A stretch of 64,000 nt of DNA from Candidatus Woesearchaeota archaeon (GTDB lineage Archaea; Nanobdellota; Nanobdellia; SCGC-AAA011-G17; JACPNG01): positions 804 through 64,803 of the forward strand of contig CAYVWZ010000003.1 of assembly GCA_964455655.1 (NCBI GenBank), given 5' to 3'. Below the pieces are notes generated by a model. That model was given only the letters and a program-made list of their open reading frames with translations. It ran no database searches and was not told the DNA's origin. How positions within the stretch are numbered: the first letter of the stretch is position 1; every line of letters begins with the position of its first letter. This document shows, piece by piece, positions 36,984-45,566 of this stretch. Made by a program: the position numbers and the translations under genes.

Positions 36984-37980
36984 TCACATAAAATTCTGCG
37001 ACAGTAATACAAAGTGCTAAAATGAGTGGTCCTATTATGACTCCTACAAATCCAAAGAGGGTTACTCCTCCGAGTACTCCTAGGAGACTAATAACGGGAT
37101 GTAATTGTGTTTTTCTGCTAATAATGTAGGGTCTGATGAGGTTATCAACAGTGCTTATGATGAGCAGTCCGTAAATCATGAATCCTATTCCTGCATATAC
37201 TTGTCCTATGCTGATCATGTAGACTCCTAGTGGGAACCATATGAGTGATGCTCCAAAGTAGGGGAGTGTTGAAGCTAAAGTGATCATTGCTCCGAAGAAG
37301 AATGGTGATGGTGCTCCGAAAATAAAGAGTCCTATAGTTCCTAGGAGTCCTTGTGCAAGTGCGGTGAGTACGGTTCCGTAAACTGTTGCTTTGAAGACGC
37401 TCTGTATTCTATCGAAGAGTATTGTTTTTTCTTTTTGTCTGAAGGGTAGTGATCGTTTTATTGCTTCTGCTATTTCTTGTTCGTCTTTTAAGAGATAGTA
37501 GAGGATGAATAATGTTACAAAAATAATAAGGATGTATTGAGGTAGTCTAAATGCGAAATCAGATAATTGTTCTACGACAAATCCTAGTATTGATCCCATT
37601 GCGTTTTTGAGGTGTGCATTAACATCAACGTTGTTTCCGAAGAATTCGTTTAATGGTTTTGCAACGCTCTCTATGTTTATTTCTCGTACATTTTGGTAGA
37701 GTTTTACTGATTCATCAATGAGGGGGTTTGCTGTAAAATAGGTCATTCCTGCTAAGATAACAAATGAGAATATCATTAATACAATGACTGATATTGCTGA
37801 GTGTTTGACGTATTTCTTAATGACTTTATGAATGGGGTATAAGAAGTATGCAAGGATGAAGCTTACCACTATTGCTAAGACGTAGGGTTTGATAATTAAG
37901 TAGGAGAAATATAGTACGATAAGAAAGAACATGAAGAGAAAAGCTTTTTTGATAGTTTGCTCTTGTTGAATAATACCCAC
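36967..37980 (-). CDS. AI-2E family transporter (PerM/UPF0118)
   Basis: 337 aa, about 8 TM helices, with topology and Gly-rich C-terminal helices typical of the family. Confidence 0.7.
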   Translation of the reverse strand: MGIIQQEQTIKKAFLFMFFLIVLYFSYLIIKPYVLAIVVSFILAYFLYPIHKVIKKYVKHSAISVIVLMIFSFVILAGMTYFTANPLIDESVKLYQNVREINIESVAKPLNEFFGNNVDVNAHLKNAMGSILGFVVEQLSDFAFRLPQYILIIFVTLFILYYLLKDEQEIAEAIKRSLPFRQKEKTILFDRIQSVFKATVYGTVLTALAQGLLGTIGLFIFGAPSPFFFGAMITLASTLPYFGASLIWFPLGVYMISIGQVYAGIGFMIYGLLIISTVDNLIRPYIISRKTQLHPVISLLGVLGGVTLFGFVGVIIGPLILALCITVAEFYVNDYET

Positions 37981-38079
37981 CTCTTTACTACGGCTGATTA
38001 CTGAGGCTATTTAAAGGTTCTGTCTTTTTGTGCAAGGTTTACATAATGTTTATATAGTTCATTTCTGGTTTTTTGTGCC

Positions 38080-38421
38080 GTGAAGAAAGAAGTTATCGGT
38101 ATCACGGAAAAGGTAACAATTAAGGGAACAGCAAAGGCGATTAAAGTGTTGGCAAAGATTGATACGGGGGCAGAATATAATTCTATTAATGAGGGTCTTG
38201 CTCAGCGTTTAGGGTTAGTTCATAATGAAAAGCATATTCGTATTCGTGCTGCTTCTGGTAGTCAAAAGCGTCGTACAACATACGCAGTTCTAAAGATTAA
38301 TGGAAGGAAGATTCGTGCGCTGTTTACGATTACTGATCGTTCTCATATGAAATATCAAGTGCTTATTGGTACAAGAACATTGAAAGGGAGATTTTTGATT
38401 GATCCTTCTGTGCGACAATGA
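38080..38421 (+). CDS. retropepsin-like 'ATP-dependent zinc protease' domain protein (RimK partner)
   Basis: GTG start and an AKIDTGAEYNSI motif. The stop overlaps the rimK-like ATG (ATGA). Confidence 0.65.
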   Translation: MKKEVIGITEKVTIKGTAKAIKVLAKIDTGAEYNSINEGLAQRLGLVHNEKHIRIRAASGSQKRRTTYAVLKINGRKIRALFTITDRSHMKYQVLIGTRTLKGRFLIDPSVRQ

Positions 38422-39488
38422 GATTAGCAATTATTAGTTTAGGGGGTAGGAGTAGTAAGGGTGTAGTTGATGAAGCGAAGCCTTTCTTTGATGAGATTTG
38501 TGAGTATAATATTAAGCGTGTTGAGGTTCATATTAATGGTGCTCGTGAGTTTGAAGTGTTGCATAAGAATGAGCCAATAAAGGAGTTTGATTGTTTGTAT
38601 ATTCGTGGTTCTCATAAGTATGCATTATTACAAAGGGCTATTGCGGAAGCTTATCAAGGAAAGTGTTACATGCCTTTGGAGCCTGAAACGTTTACGTATA
38701 CTCATGATAAGTTCTTAACAACGATTCGTTTGCAGTCTATGAAGATTCCTGTTCCTAAATGTTATGTTGCTGCTACGACAGAAGCGGCGAGGAGTATTTT
38801 AGAAAAGGTTCATTTTCCTATTATTATGAAGCTTCCTCAAGGTACGCAAGGGAGGGGTGTTTTATTTGCTGATTCTCTCTCAAGTGCAAGAACGATTATT
38901 GATACGTTAGATGTTTTTAATCAGCCTTATTTAATTCAAGAGTATGTTGATACTAATGCTACTGATGTGAGGGCTATTGTTGTTGGTGATAGGGTTGTTG
39001 CTGCTATGAGGCGTCAAGCAAAGGGTCAAGAACGTCGTGCAAATATTCATTTAGGTGGTGAGGGTACGGCTATTGAGTTAGATAAGTATACGGAAGAAGT
39101 TGCTGTTCGTGCTGCTCAGAGTTTAGGTGCTGGTATTTGTGGTGTTGATATTTTAGAGGCTGGTAAGCCCTATGTTATTGAGGGTAATATTAGTCCTAGC
39201 CTTATTGGTGGTATTAGTGAAGCAACAAAGATTAATGTTGCTGCTCTTGTTGCAAAGTTCCTTGCTGATAAAACTCAAGAGTTCTTAAGTCAGCGTAAGA
39301 AAAAAGAAGTTACTGATTTAATTCCTAATGGTAAGGATACAACAACAAGTCATGAATTAGTTACGAATATTAGTGTAAAAGCTGGTGTTATGAAATTGCC
39401 CCCTGTTGTTGCTTCTATGGGTGGTTTCCAGGATAATGATGAAGTAACATTAGTTGTGAAGAAAGGAAAAGTTATTTTGAAAAAGTAG
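38418..39488 (+). CDS. rimK: RimK-family ATP-grasp ligase
   Basis: ATP-grasp pattern (PIIMKLPQGTQGRGV, IQEYV, DVRAIVVGD, GVDILE...VIEGNISP). The C-terminal ~50 aa (KAGVMKLPPVV...DEVTLVVKKGKVILKK) looks AbrB/SpoVT-like. Confidence 0.85.
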   Translation: MRLAIISLGGRSSKGVVDEAKPFFDEICEYNIKRVEVHINGAREFEVLHKNEPIKEFDCLYIRGSHKYALLQRAIAEAYQGKCYMPLEPETFTYTHDKFLTTIRLQSMKIPVPKCYVAATTEAARSILEKVHFPIIMKLPQGTQGRGVLFADSLSSARTIIDTLDVFNQPYLIQEYVDTNATDVRAIVVGDRVVAAMRRQAKGQERRANIHLGGEGTAIELDKYTEEVAVRAAQSLGAGICGVDILEAGKPYVIEGNISPSLIGGISEATKINVAALVAKFLADKTQEFLSQRKKKEVTDLIPNGKDTTTSHELVTNISVKAGVMKLPPVVASMGGFQDNDEVTLVVKKGKVILKK

Positions 39489-39545
39489 TTTTCTTAGTGG
39501 TAATTCATGGAGAGTAACATAAGTCTTATATGGGTTTTCTGAGTT

Positions 39546-40127
39546 ATGCTCTTTATGAAAAAAGTATTGATATTCTTAATGGTAGTGCTCTTGCTTGCTG
39601 TAGTTGTTCATGCAAAGAAAGAAACAAACACGTTTAGTGTTGGTGAGAGTTATGTTTTTGATGATAAGAATATTACGGTTATTCAGATTGATGAGGATAG
39701 AGATAAGGTTATTGTCTGTGTAAATAATGCAAAGGGTATTGTTGATGAGAGTAAACAGATTAATGATGTGTATTTAACAATTAAAAGTGCAAGTGGGAAT
39801 TCTGCTAAGATTGATATGACGTATACCTGTAATGACAATGATGATGATTGTAGATGTAATGGTGTTGAGTGTTCTAATGATAGGTGTGTGTCGAAAGTAA
39901 GTGAGGTCGCTTCTAGTCCTGATATTACTGATAACTCTCCTACTATAGTAAAGCCTAAGCCTGTAAAACCAAGTATTCCAACAAGTAATGCTGTTCAAGA
40001 AGTAAGAGTTGTTCGTTCTGTTGAGAAGAGTGGTAGTAGTGGAGTAGGTATCGTATTTGCAGTGCTGCTTCTTATTGTAATTGTTTTAGCTGTTTTAAGT
40101 TTAATAAAAAAGAAAGAAAAGAATTAG
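39546..40127 (+). CDS. secreted protein with C-terminal TM anchor
   Basis: Signal peptide, Cys cluster (CNDNDDDCRCNGVECSNDRC), Pro/Ser linker and a C-terminal TM plus KKKEKN. Confidence 0.55.
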   Translation: MLFMKKVLIFLMVVLLLAVVVHAKKETNTFSVGESYVFDDKNITVIQIDEDRDKVIVCVNNAKGIVDESKQINDVYLTIKSASGNSAKIDMTYTCNDNDDDCRCNGVECSNDRCVSKVSEVASSPDITDNSPTIVKPKPVKPSIPTSNAVQEVRVVRSVEKSGSSGVGIVFAVLLLIVIVLAVLSLIKKKEKN

Positions 40128-40456
40128 TCTTCTTCTTCAGGTTCAGTTTCTAATTTGTGTTTATAGATTTCTGCATGGTTTTCTGAGCAGAATCTATAAC
40201 TTTCGCCGTTCATTTCTTCTTCAACGAAGTCCATATCAAGAAGTGCGTGGCAGAGTGTGCAGCGAGTGCTTCGTTCTCCCTCTTCATATCCTTCCATGAA
40301 TCCTTCTTCGAGTTCGTCTATTTCGTCGTCTTCTACGGCTTCTTCTGCTGTTTCCTCGTCTTCAAGGAAATCATCTTCTTCCTTAACTTCGTCATCGAAG
40401 TTGTTATTATTATTGTCCTCGTCTTCGTCGTATTTTCCCATATTTTTGCTGTCCAA
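40124..40456 (-). CDS. highly acidic protein with C-terminal TRASH/YHS-like zinc finger
   Basis: 110 aa, very rich in D/E by eye. The C-terminus has C-x2-C-x20-C-x3-H (RCTLCHALL...YRFCSENHAEIY). Confidence 0.55.
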   Translation of the reverse strand: MDSKNMGKYDEDEDNNNNNFDDEVKEEDDFLEDEETAEEAVEDDEIDELEEGFMEGYEEGERSTRCTLCHALLDMDFVEEEMNGESYRFCSENHAEIYKHKLETEPEEED

Positions 40457-40478
40457 AAGAAGTTTTTAAGAGTTTTGG

Positions 40479-40868
40479 TTAGCAGTTACACTCTGCATAC
40501 ATCCTGCATATCCAATCTGACATAGGCCCACGTGATGATCCGTCAGTACAATAGCTCATCTCTTCCCTTAATTTTTCACACTGAGAACAATCATACTTAA
40601 TTTCGCATTGAGTTATGTTACAATAAGGCACTACTCTTTCTGCGTCAGGGCATACCGTGTGACTTGGTGGAAAATCCCTTTTGTAACCTGCTTCTTCTTT
40701 ATGATTAACTGCTATAACACAGTTTAGATTGTTATTTTTAAGAATGCAATCAGAATCTTTTGAGCAAGAGAAATCAAATTCTCGGTATGTTTTTTCGGAA
40801 GAATAGTTTACGTTTGTTTGGCATCCCATTAAAAAGAATAGTAAAAAGAGTATAACAAAATACTTCAT
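40479..40868 (-). CDS. Cys-rich lipoprotein, paralog B
   Basis: The start is moved to MKYFVILFLLFFLMGCQ (lipobox). It has 12 Cys in the same spacing as 40904..41275. Confidence 0.55.
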   Translation of the reverse strand: MKYFVILFLLFFLMGCQTNVNYSSEKTYREFDFSCSKDSDCILKNNNLNCVIAVNHKEEAGYKRDFPPSHTVCPDAERVVPYCNITQCEIKYDCSQCEKLREEMSYCTDGSSRGPMSDWICRMYAECNC

Positions 40869-40903
40869 AAAAAGCGCCTTTTCAGAACTGTTTAACAAAT
40901 GGT

Positions 40904-41275
40904 CTAACATTTGCACTCTTTATACAGGTCACAAATCCAGCTCATGGTTCCACCACTATAAGTAGTACAAAAGTCCATTTTTGATTTTAATGTTGGGCAT
41001 TGGGAGCAATCATATCTTACTTTACAGTCGGATTCTATGCATCGTGCAATAATTTCATTCGTTTCAGGGCATTCAGTATGGCTTGGTGGGATAGATTGTT
41101 TGTAGCTTGCTTTTTCTTTAGCATTAACAGCAATAGGGCAATTCATATTGTTTGTTTTAATGACACAATCAGAGTCTACAGTGCAAGATGAATCAAACTC
41201 AGAAGCTTCTTTTTCAGAAGTGCAACCATTCATGATCAATAGTCCTAACAAAAAGAAAATAATTAAAAGTTTCAT
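40904..41275 (-). CDS. Cys-rich lipoprotein, paralog A
   Basis: MKLLIIFFLLGLLIMNGCT lipobox. The protein aligns by eye with its neighbour over its whole length (FD.SC..DSDC..K.NN.NC.IAVN.KE...YK...PPSHT.CP). Confidence 0.6.
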   Translation of the reverse strand: MKLLIIFFLLGLLIMNGCTSEKEASEFDSSCTVDSDCVIKTNNMNCPIAVNAKEKASYKQSIPPSHTECPETNEIIARCIESDCKVRYDCSQCPTLKSKMDFCTTYSGGTMSWICDLYKECKC

Positions 41276-41298
41276 AGGATAAGAAGTATTGAACGTTC

Positions 41299-42141
41299 TT
41301 AAATAGGTTTAGATTCCATATAATCAATAGCTTTCTGAAATACGCGAGCTTCTGTTATAGCCTCTTTCTTGTCTTTACCAAACCATTTGATATGTTCTGC
41401 TTGTTCTGTAATCCTTCTAAGTATTCCTCTCCAAGCAAATTGTTCCATATGATTGATCTTTCTGAAGGGCTCTAAATCCTTCGGTCTTGCATGTTCCCAT
41501 GTTATAGCATCAGCAAGCATTATTCCTTCTGCGAATCCATTGGGCGCCCATGCTGGAGAAAAATCAATTATTGCTGGAGGTAATTTAGGATGAACAAGAA
41601 AGTTTCCTGATAAGTCTCCATGAATTAATTGCGAGGGTAAGTTTAATGACTTAAGATGTGGTTTTATTTGTTTGTATAATTCCATGAATTCAGTGTCATA
41701 CTTAAATTTTATTTTGTCCCATGCTACTAAGTCAGCGGTTGACCATGAACTCTTTGGTGTTCCAAGGAAGGAGGGTTTCTTAATATTTTTGAGAAGTTGG
41801 TGAAATGCTATACTTGCATCAAGTTTTTCATGATATTTTCCTTTAACATGTTTCCCTTCCAAAAAAGTGCAAGCAATATATCCATCGTGAATCCATTTTC
41901 CATCTGTTGATTTAATCGGTCGCGGAAATCTTACGTGTTTGTTATTGGGCAATTTATTAAAAATTTTTGCCGACCATGTTGTTGATTGCGTATCATCTGC
42001 TGGTTTTAAAATAATCTTACCAGAATGATATGTTGTTTTCTGCCCTGTTTGTAAAAGAGCCGGTTTTACTTGTGAACCAAATGCTCGTGCTATAGACTTT
42101 GTTGCAGGATGAATTTGTGTACCGTAATGAATTTTTGGCAT
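41299..42141 (-). CDS. APH/choline-kinase-fold phosphotransferase, substrate unknown
   Basis: LIHGDLSGNFLV (H-x-D-x4-N catalytic loop) and AIIDFS (metal-binding D). It lies 5 nt downstream of rbcL on the same strand. Confidence 0.7.
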   Translation of the reverse strand: MPKIHYGTQIHPATKSIARAFGSQVKPALLQTGQKTTYHSGKIILKPADDTQSTTWSAKIFNKLPNNKHVRFPRPIKSTDGKWIHDGYIACTFLEGKHVKGKYHEKLDASIAFHQLLKNIKKPSFLGTPKSSWSTADLVAWDKIKFKYDTEFMELYKQIKPHLKSLNLPSQLIHGDLSGNFLVHPKLPPAIIDFSPAWAPNGFAEGIMLADAITWEHARPKDLEPFRKINHMEQFAWRGILRRITEQAEHIKWFGKDKKEAITEARVFQKAIDYMESKPI

Positions 42142-42146
42142 GAAAA

Positions 42147-43439
42147 TTAAATAGTTTTAGTTGTTCCCCATTTTTGTAATGCTAGTGCTAGTGCTTCTTG
42201 TCTCTTTGCTGCTTCTGTTAAGGGAACGTGATGCATAACTGCGTCTAGTGCTTGTCGTGTTGCTATTGCTCCTACTCTGCTTCCTTGTGGATGTCCGTGC
42301 ATTCCTCCGCCTAATTGGATGACGCAGTCATTTCCGAATAAGTTGTAAACATAGGGCATTATTCCTGGGTGTAGTCCTCCTGAACTTACTGGTATGACTG
42401 GTTTTATTTTTCCCCAGTGTTGTACGGGTGCTCCATCATGTCGTGATATTTTTTTATCGTTTTCATCTTTCATTTCGTGTATTAATCGATTTACTTCTGC
42501 TTGTGTTCCTACGAGTTTTCCTACAACGGTTCCTACGTGTAGGTTGTCTACTCCTACGAGTCGTGCTAATTTTCCTAGAGTGTACATGCTCATTCCGTGT
42601 TTTGGATTTCTGTCGAATGCTGCGTGCATTGCTCGGTGTGCGTGTATTGCGAGTTTCAAATCGTGGCATTCTTCTCGTAGAGTTTGTAATGCTGCGAATC
42701 CTACGGTTACGATATCTATCATAACGTATTCTCCGCCTAGTTTTTTGACGAGTTTTGCTCGTTTGATCATTTCGTTTGTTTCTCCGGTGATGTTGATGAA
42801 GTAGCTTCTTTTTTCTCCTACTTCTTTCTCTACTTTATCTCGTACTTTGAAGCATGCTTCTGCTCGTGCATTGAATTTGTTGAATCGTTGGTCTGTGAGG
42901 TTTTCATCATCTTTCAAGAAGTCTACTCCGCCAGTCCATATTTCTTTTCCGACGTTGGTGTGTTCTTTGGTGTTCATTCCTACTTTTGGTTTTGGGACGG
43001 TGCAGAGCATTGGTCTTCTTGGTTCTTTCATGAATTTTCGTACACCGTGTATTCCGAATTCTGGTCCTCTGAAGTGTTTGATATAATTTTTAGGTAGGAT
43101 AATGTCATCTAGGCGTAAATTTTTTACTGCTTTCATTCCGAAGATATTTCCTGCTATTGCGCTGAGTAATTGTGGTATGCTTCCATTTTCGAAGAGTATT
43201 TCTGGATATGCTACTAAAATGTGATTTCCTTTGATGGAGTAGCATCTTCCTCTCATTTCGTTTATTCGTGAGGTGAGTGTTGATAGTGTGCTCCATGTTC
43301 CATTAGAACTTTCTGCAGCTACTCTTCCTGCTGCTTCTTTCATGCTCATTCCTTGTCCAGGTTCTAAGTAGAATTTACAAATAATGTCGTTTTTTCCTGG
43401 TTTATAGTTCAGATCTACGAAATTGAGATAATGTGAAAT
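42147..43439 (-). CDS. rbcL: RuBisCO large subunit, form III-type; start extended to a non-ATG codon
   Basis: AAESSNGTW, PKPKVG, GGVDFLKDDEN (carbamylated Lys), HAHRAMHAA, SSGGLHPG and LGGGMHGHP are all intact. The conserved N-terminal strand is encoded upstream of the first ATG (43349); see findings. The 5' end is uncertain (43349, 43439 or 43442). Confidence 0.85.
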   Translation of the reverse strand: MSHYLNFVDLNYKPGKNDIICKFYLEPGQGMSMKEAAGRVAAESSNGTWSTLSTLTSRINEMRGRCYSIKGNHILVAYPEILFENGSIPQLLSAIAGNIFGMKAVKNLRLDDIILPKNYIKHFRGPEFGIHGVRKFMKEPRRPMLCTVPKPKVGMNTKEHTNVGKEIWTGGVDFLKDDENLTDQRFNKFNARAEACFKVRDKVEKEVGEKRSYFINITGETNEMIKRAKLVKKLGGEYVMIDIVTVGFAALQTLREECHDLKLAIHAHRAMHAAFDRNPKHGMSMYTLGKLARLVGVDNLHVGTVVGKLVGTQAEVNRLIHEMKDENDKKISRHDGAPVQHWGKIKPVIPVSSGGLHPGIMPYVYNLFGNDCVIQLGGGMHGHPQGSRVGAIATRQALDAVMHHVPLTEAAKRQEALALALQKWGTTKTI

Positions 43440-43443
43440 AATT

Positions 43444-43450
43444 TCACCTC
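43444..43450 (-). promoter_or_regulatory. Shine-Dalgarno (GAGGTGA) upstream of the extended rbcL reading frame
   Basis: The minus strand reads AAAGAGGTGAA ATT ATT TCA CAT, with the SD core 1-4 nt before the two in-frame ATT codons. Confidence 0.45.
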
Positions 43451-43496
43451 TTTTTGTTGTAAGTTTTTGGATGTTTATAAAAGTTGTGAATGGTTG

Positions 43497-44111
43497 TTAT
43501 AGTTTTCTTCCGTAAGAACGATCTCCTGCGTCTCCAAGTCCTGGGATGATGTAGCCTTTTTTGTTGAGGTGTTGGTCTATTGCTGCGATGTGAATGTCTT
43601 CTGGTGTAATGTAGTCTTGTAAAGTGTGAAGTGCTTTTTCTGAAGCTATGCATCCAGCGAGGATTATTCTCTTTGGGTTTTTTGGCTTAAGTATGGTGAG
43701 TGCGTCTTGTATGCTTCCTCCTGTTGCGATCATAGTGTCTGCAAGGATAATGGTTCTGTTGGCGAGTTCTGGAAGTGCAAGGTATGTTGTTTTTGAGTGT
43801 AGTGTTTCTTCGTCTCTCATGGTTCCAAGAAATCCTGATTCTGCTTCGGGAAAGGTTCTTTGTAGTCCGTTGTAGAGTGGTAGTCCAGCGCGGAGTATGG
43901 TTATGATGGTTGGTTGTTCTTGTAAGAGGTGGTGTGTTGCAGTTGTTCCTAGGCATGTTGTTATTTCTTGGGTATGTGTGGGAAGTGTTCTTGCTATTTC
44001 TATTCCAAGGTGTTCTCCTATGTATTCAAGGTTTCTTCGGAATTCTGCTCTTCCCGTTCTTGGGTCTCGTATGGTGTAGAGTGCTTGTTCTAAGAGGGGG
44101 TTTGTGTTCAT
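43497..44111 (-). CDS. upp: uracil phosphoribosyltransferase
   Basis: ILADTMIATGGS (PRPP loop) and YIIPGLGDAGDR at the C-terminus. Confidence 0.9.
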   Translation of the reverse strand: MNTNPLLEQALYTIRDPRTGRAEFRRNLEYIGEHLGIEIARTLPTHTQEITTCLGTTATHHLLQEQPTIITILRAGLPLYNGLQRTFPEAESGFLGTMRDEETLHSKTTYLALPELANRTIILADTMIATGGSIQDALTILKPKNPKRIILAGCIASEKALHTLQDYITPEDIHIAAIDQHLNKKGYIIPGLGDAGDRSYGRKL

Positions 44112-44360
44112 TGTTGTTCCTGTCTATCGTTTTCTCGAAGGGATGTTGCCAAGTGCCTGCAGGAGTATCCATTCTCGTTTTTCATGGCTCCAGGTTGGAT
44201 GTTTCTTGCGTAGCTTCTGGTGTAGTTCCTCGAGTTTGTTGTTGTTCATACAAATTCAATTTGAAAGAAAGTATATAGATAATTGTTGTAGAAACTTCTT
44301 CAACAGAATATTATCAAGGTGTTTTGCGTATTTTCTTCTAAAAACCTCGGGGGAACTAAC

Positions 44361-44789
44361 ATGAAAACAATCTATATCATGAGACACGGCACCGCTGAAG
44401 GGCCATACGGAAAATTGACTCCAGAGGGAAAATCTCGAGTAAAGATAGCAGCAGCACATCTACGAGAAGATCTTAAGAAAACGCTCAATCTGCCCATAAT
44501 TGAGTATTACCGCGAAATGAACAGAGCATTCAGCCTACCAATATATACAAGCTCCGCTGAACGCGCGATACATACAGGGATAATTCTTGCTGAAGAACTA
44601 GAACCCATCATTAGATATCCACACCTAATTGTAAGCACAGAGCTTAACTCCGAAGCGCATAGCATTGAGAAGTTAGTTGCAAACATTAATGATCCTCAAG
44701 CCATCTTAGTTAGCCATGAACTAGACATAGAAAGATACACTGGAGAACGGCTCTACTCTGCGCAATGGATACGAAAAGAAATAGCATAA
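44361..44789 (+). CDS. histidine phosphatase family protein (SixA-like)
   Basis: Start moved to MKTIYIMRHGTAEG (R-H-G motif); a later SHE motif follows. Confidence 0.6.
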   Translation: MKTIYIMRHGTAEGPYGKLTPEGKSRVKIAAAHLREDLKKTLNLPIIEYYREMNRAFSLPIYTSSAERAIHTGIILAEELEPIIRYPHLIVSTELNSEAHSIEKLVANINDPQAILVSHELDIERYTGERLYSAQWIRKEIA

Positions 44790-44849
44790 GGAACTGAAGT
44801 AGAAAAGCCTACAACAAAACATAAAAAGGGGTGACATTCCAAAAGAGGC

Positions 44850-45566
44850 ATGGTGAATGTTGAACAGGTACTTGCTAAATTAAATTTTAGTCCTAATGAA
44901 ATTAAAGTATATCTCACCTTAAACAGTCATGGTTCAACAAAAGCTGGAAAAATTGCTAAAATTGCTAAGATTGATCGTAGCAGTTGTTATAATAGTCTTA
45001 AATTATTACTTGAAAAAGGACTGGTAAGTTATGTAAACATTGGTAAAGTGAAATGGTTTCAGTCTACAGGCCCTAAAAGAATTCTTGAATACATAAAAGA
45101 ACAGGAAGAAGAAGCCCAATCAATCATACCTGAACTGCAAAAAGCACACAAAGCAGGAAAAATAGAAGGACAAGTACGTTTATTCAAAGGAATTAAAGGT
45201 GTTAAGAGTATCTTCTTAGATATTGCACGTACGGGTAAAGATAATTTTGTATTTGGTTCTGAAGGACAGTTTTCTGAACGTATGCCTGAGTTCGCATTGC
45301 AGTTTGATCGTTTGAAAAAAGAGAATAAGATTAAAACAAAATTAATCTTACGTAAAGGAAGAAAAGAGTTAGACAGGAAAACCAGTGATTATAGGTATTT
45401 AGATCATGTTGATGAAAGCCCTGCAGTAACAAATATTTACGGTGATAAGATAGCTATTCTTATCTGGACTGATGAGCCTGAAGGTGTTATTATTGAGAAT
45501 AAGGCTGCTGCAAGAGCATACAAGAGTTATTTTGATATTTTATGGAATCATGCTAAAGAGAAGTAG
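44850..45566 (+). CDS. TrmB-family transcriptional regulator
   Basis: N-terminal winged-HTH pattern (LNFSPNEIKVYLTLNSHGSTKAGKIAKIAKIDRSSCYNSLKLLLEKGLV) plus a coiled-coil and a C-terminal domain. Confidence 0.75.
   Translation: MVNVEQVLAKLNFSPNEIKVYLTLNSHGSTKAGKIAKIAKIDRSSCYNSLKLLLEKGLVSYVNIGKVKWFQSTGPKRILEYIKEQEEEAQSIIPELQKAHKAGKIEGQVRLFKGIKGVKSIFLDIARTGKDNFVFGSEGQFSERMPEFALQFDRLKKENKIKTKLILRKGRKELDRKTSDYRYLDHVDESPAVTNIYGDKIAILIWTDEPEGVIIENKAAARAYKSYFDILWNHAKEK

Noticed and set aside
38080-39488. RimK plus retropepsin-like protease pair as a novel system
   Set aside because: This gene pairing is a well-known conserved association, so it is recorded only as features.
40247-40525. Ser-rich and Phe-rich plus-strand ORFs 40247..40525 and 40257..40469
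   Set aside because: They are antisense to the acidic (GAA/GAT-rich) gene 40124..40456. Reading GAA/GAC repeats backwards gives TTC/GTC runs.
42394-43296. Several 60-136-aa ORFs on both strands within 42394-43296
   Set aside because: All lie inside rbcL, in the antisense or alternative frames. Their translations are low-complexity (Arg/Thr/Ser-rich) with no motifs.
44124-44249. 41-aa minus-strand ORF (MNNNKLEELHQKLRKKHPTWSHEKREWILLQALGNIPSRKR) 12 nt upstream of upp
   Set aside because: It has no SD, no motif and nothing to distinguish it from a chance ORF in a 250-bp spacer. It is noted only as a possible leader peptide.
43444-44364. Overlapping ORFs 43444..43653, 43648..43875, 43687..43956, 43897..44079, 43910..44278 and 44104..44364
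   Set aside because: They are alternative-frame or antisense ORFs over the well-supported upp gene and its upstream spacer, with biased composition and no motifs.
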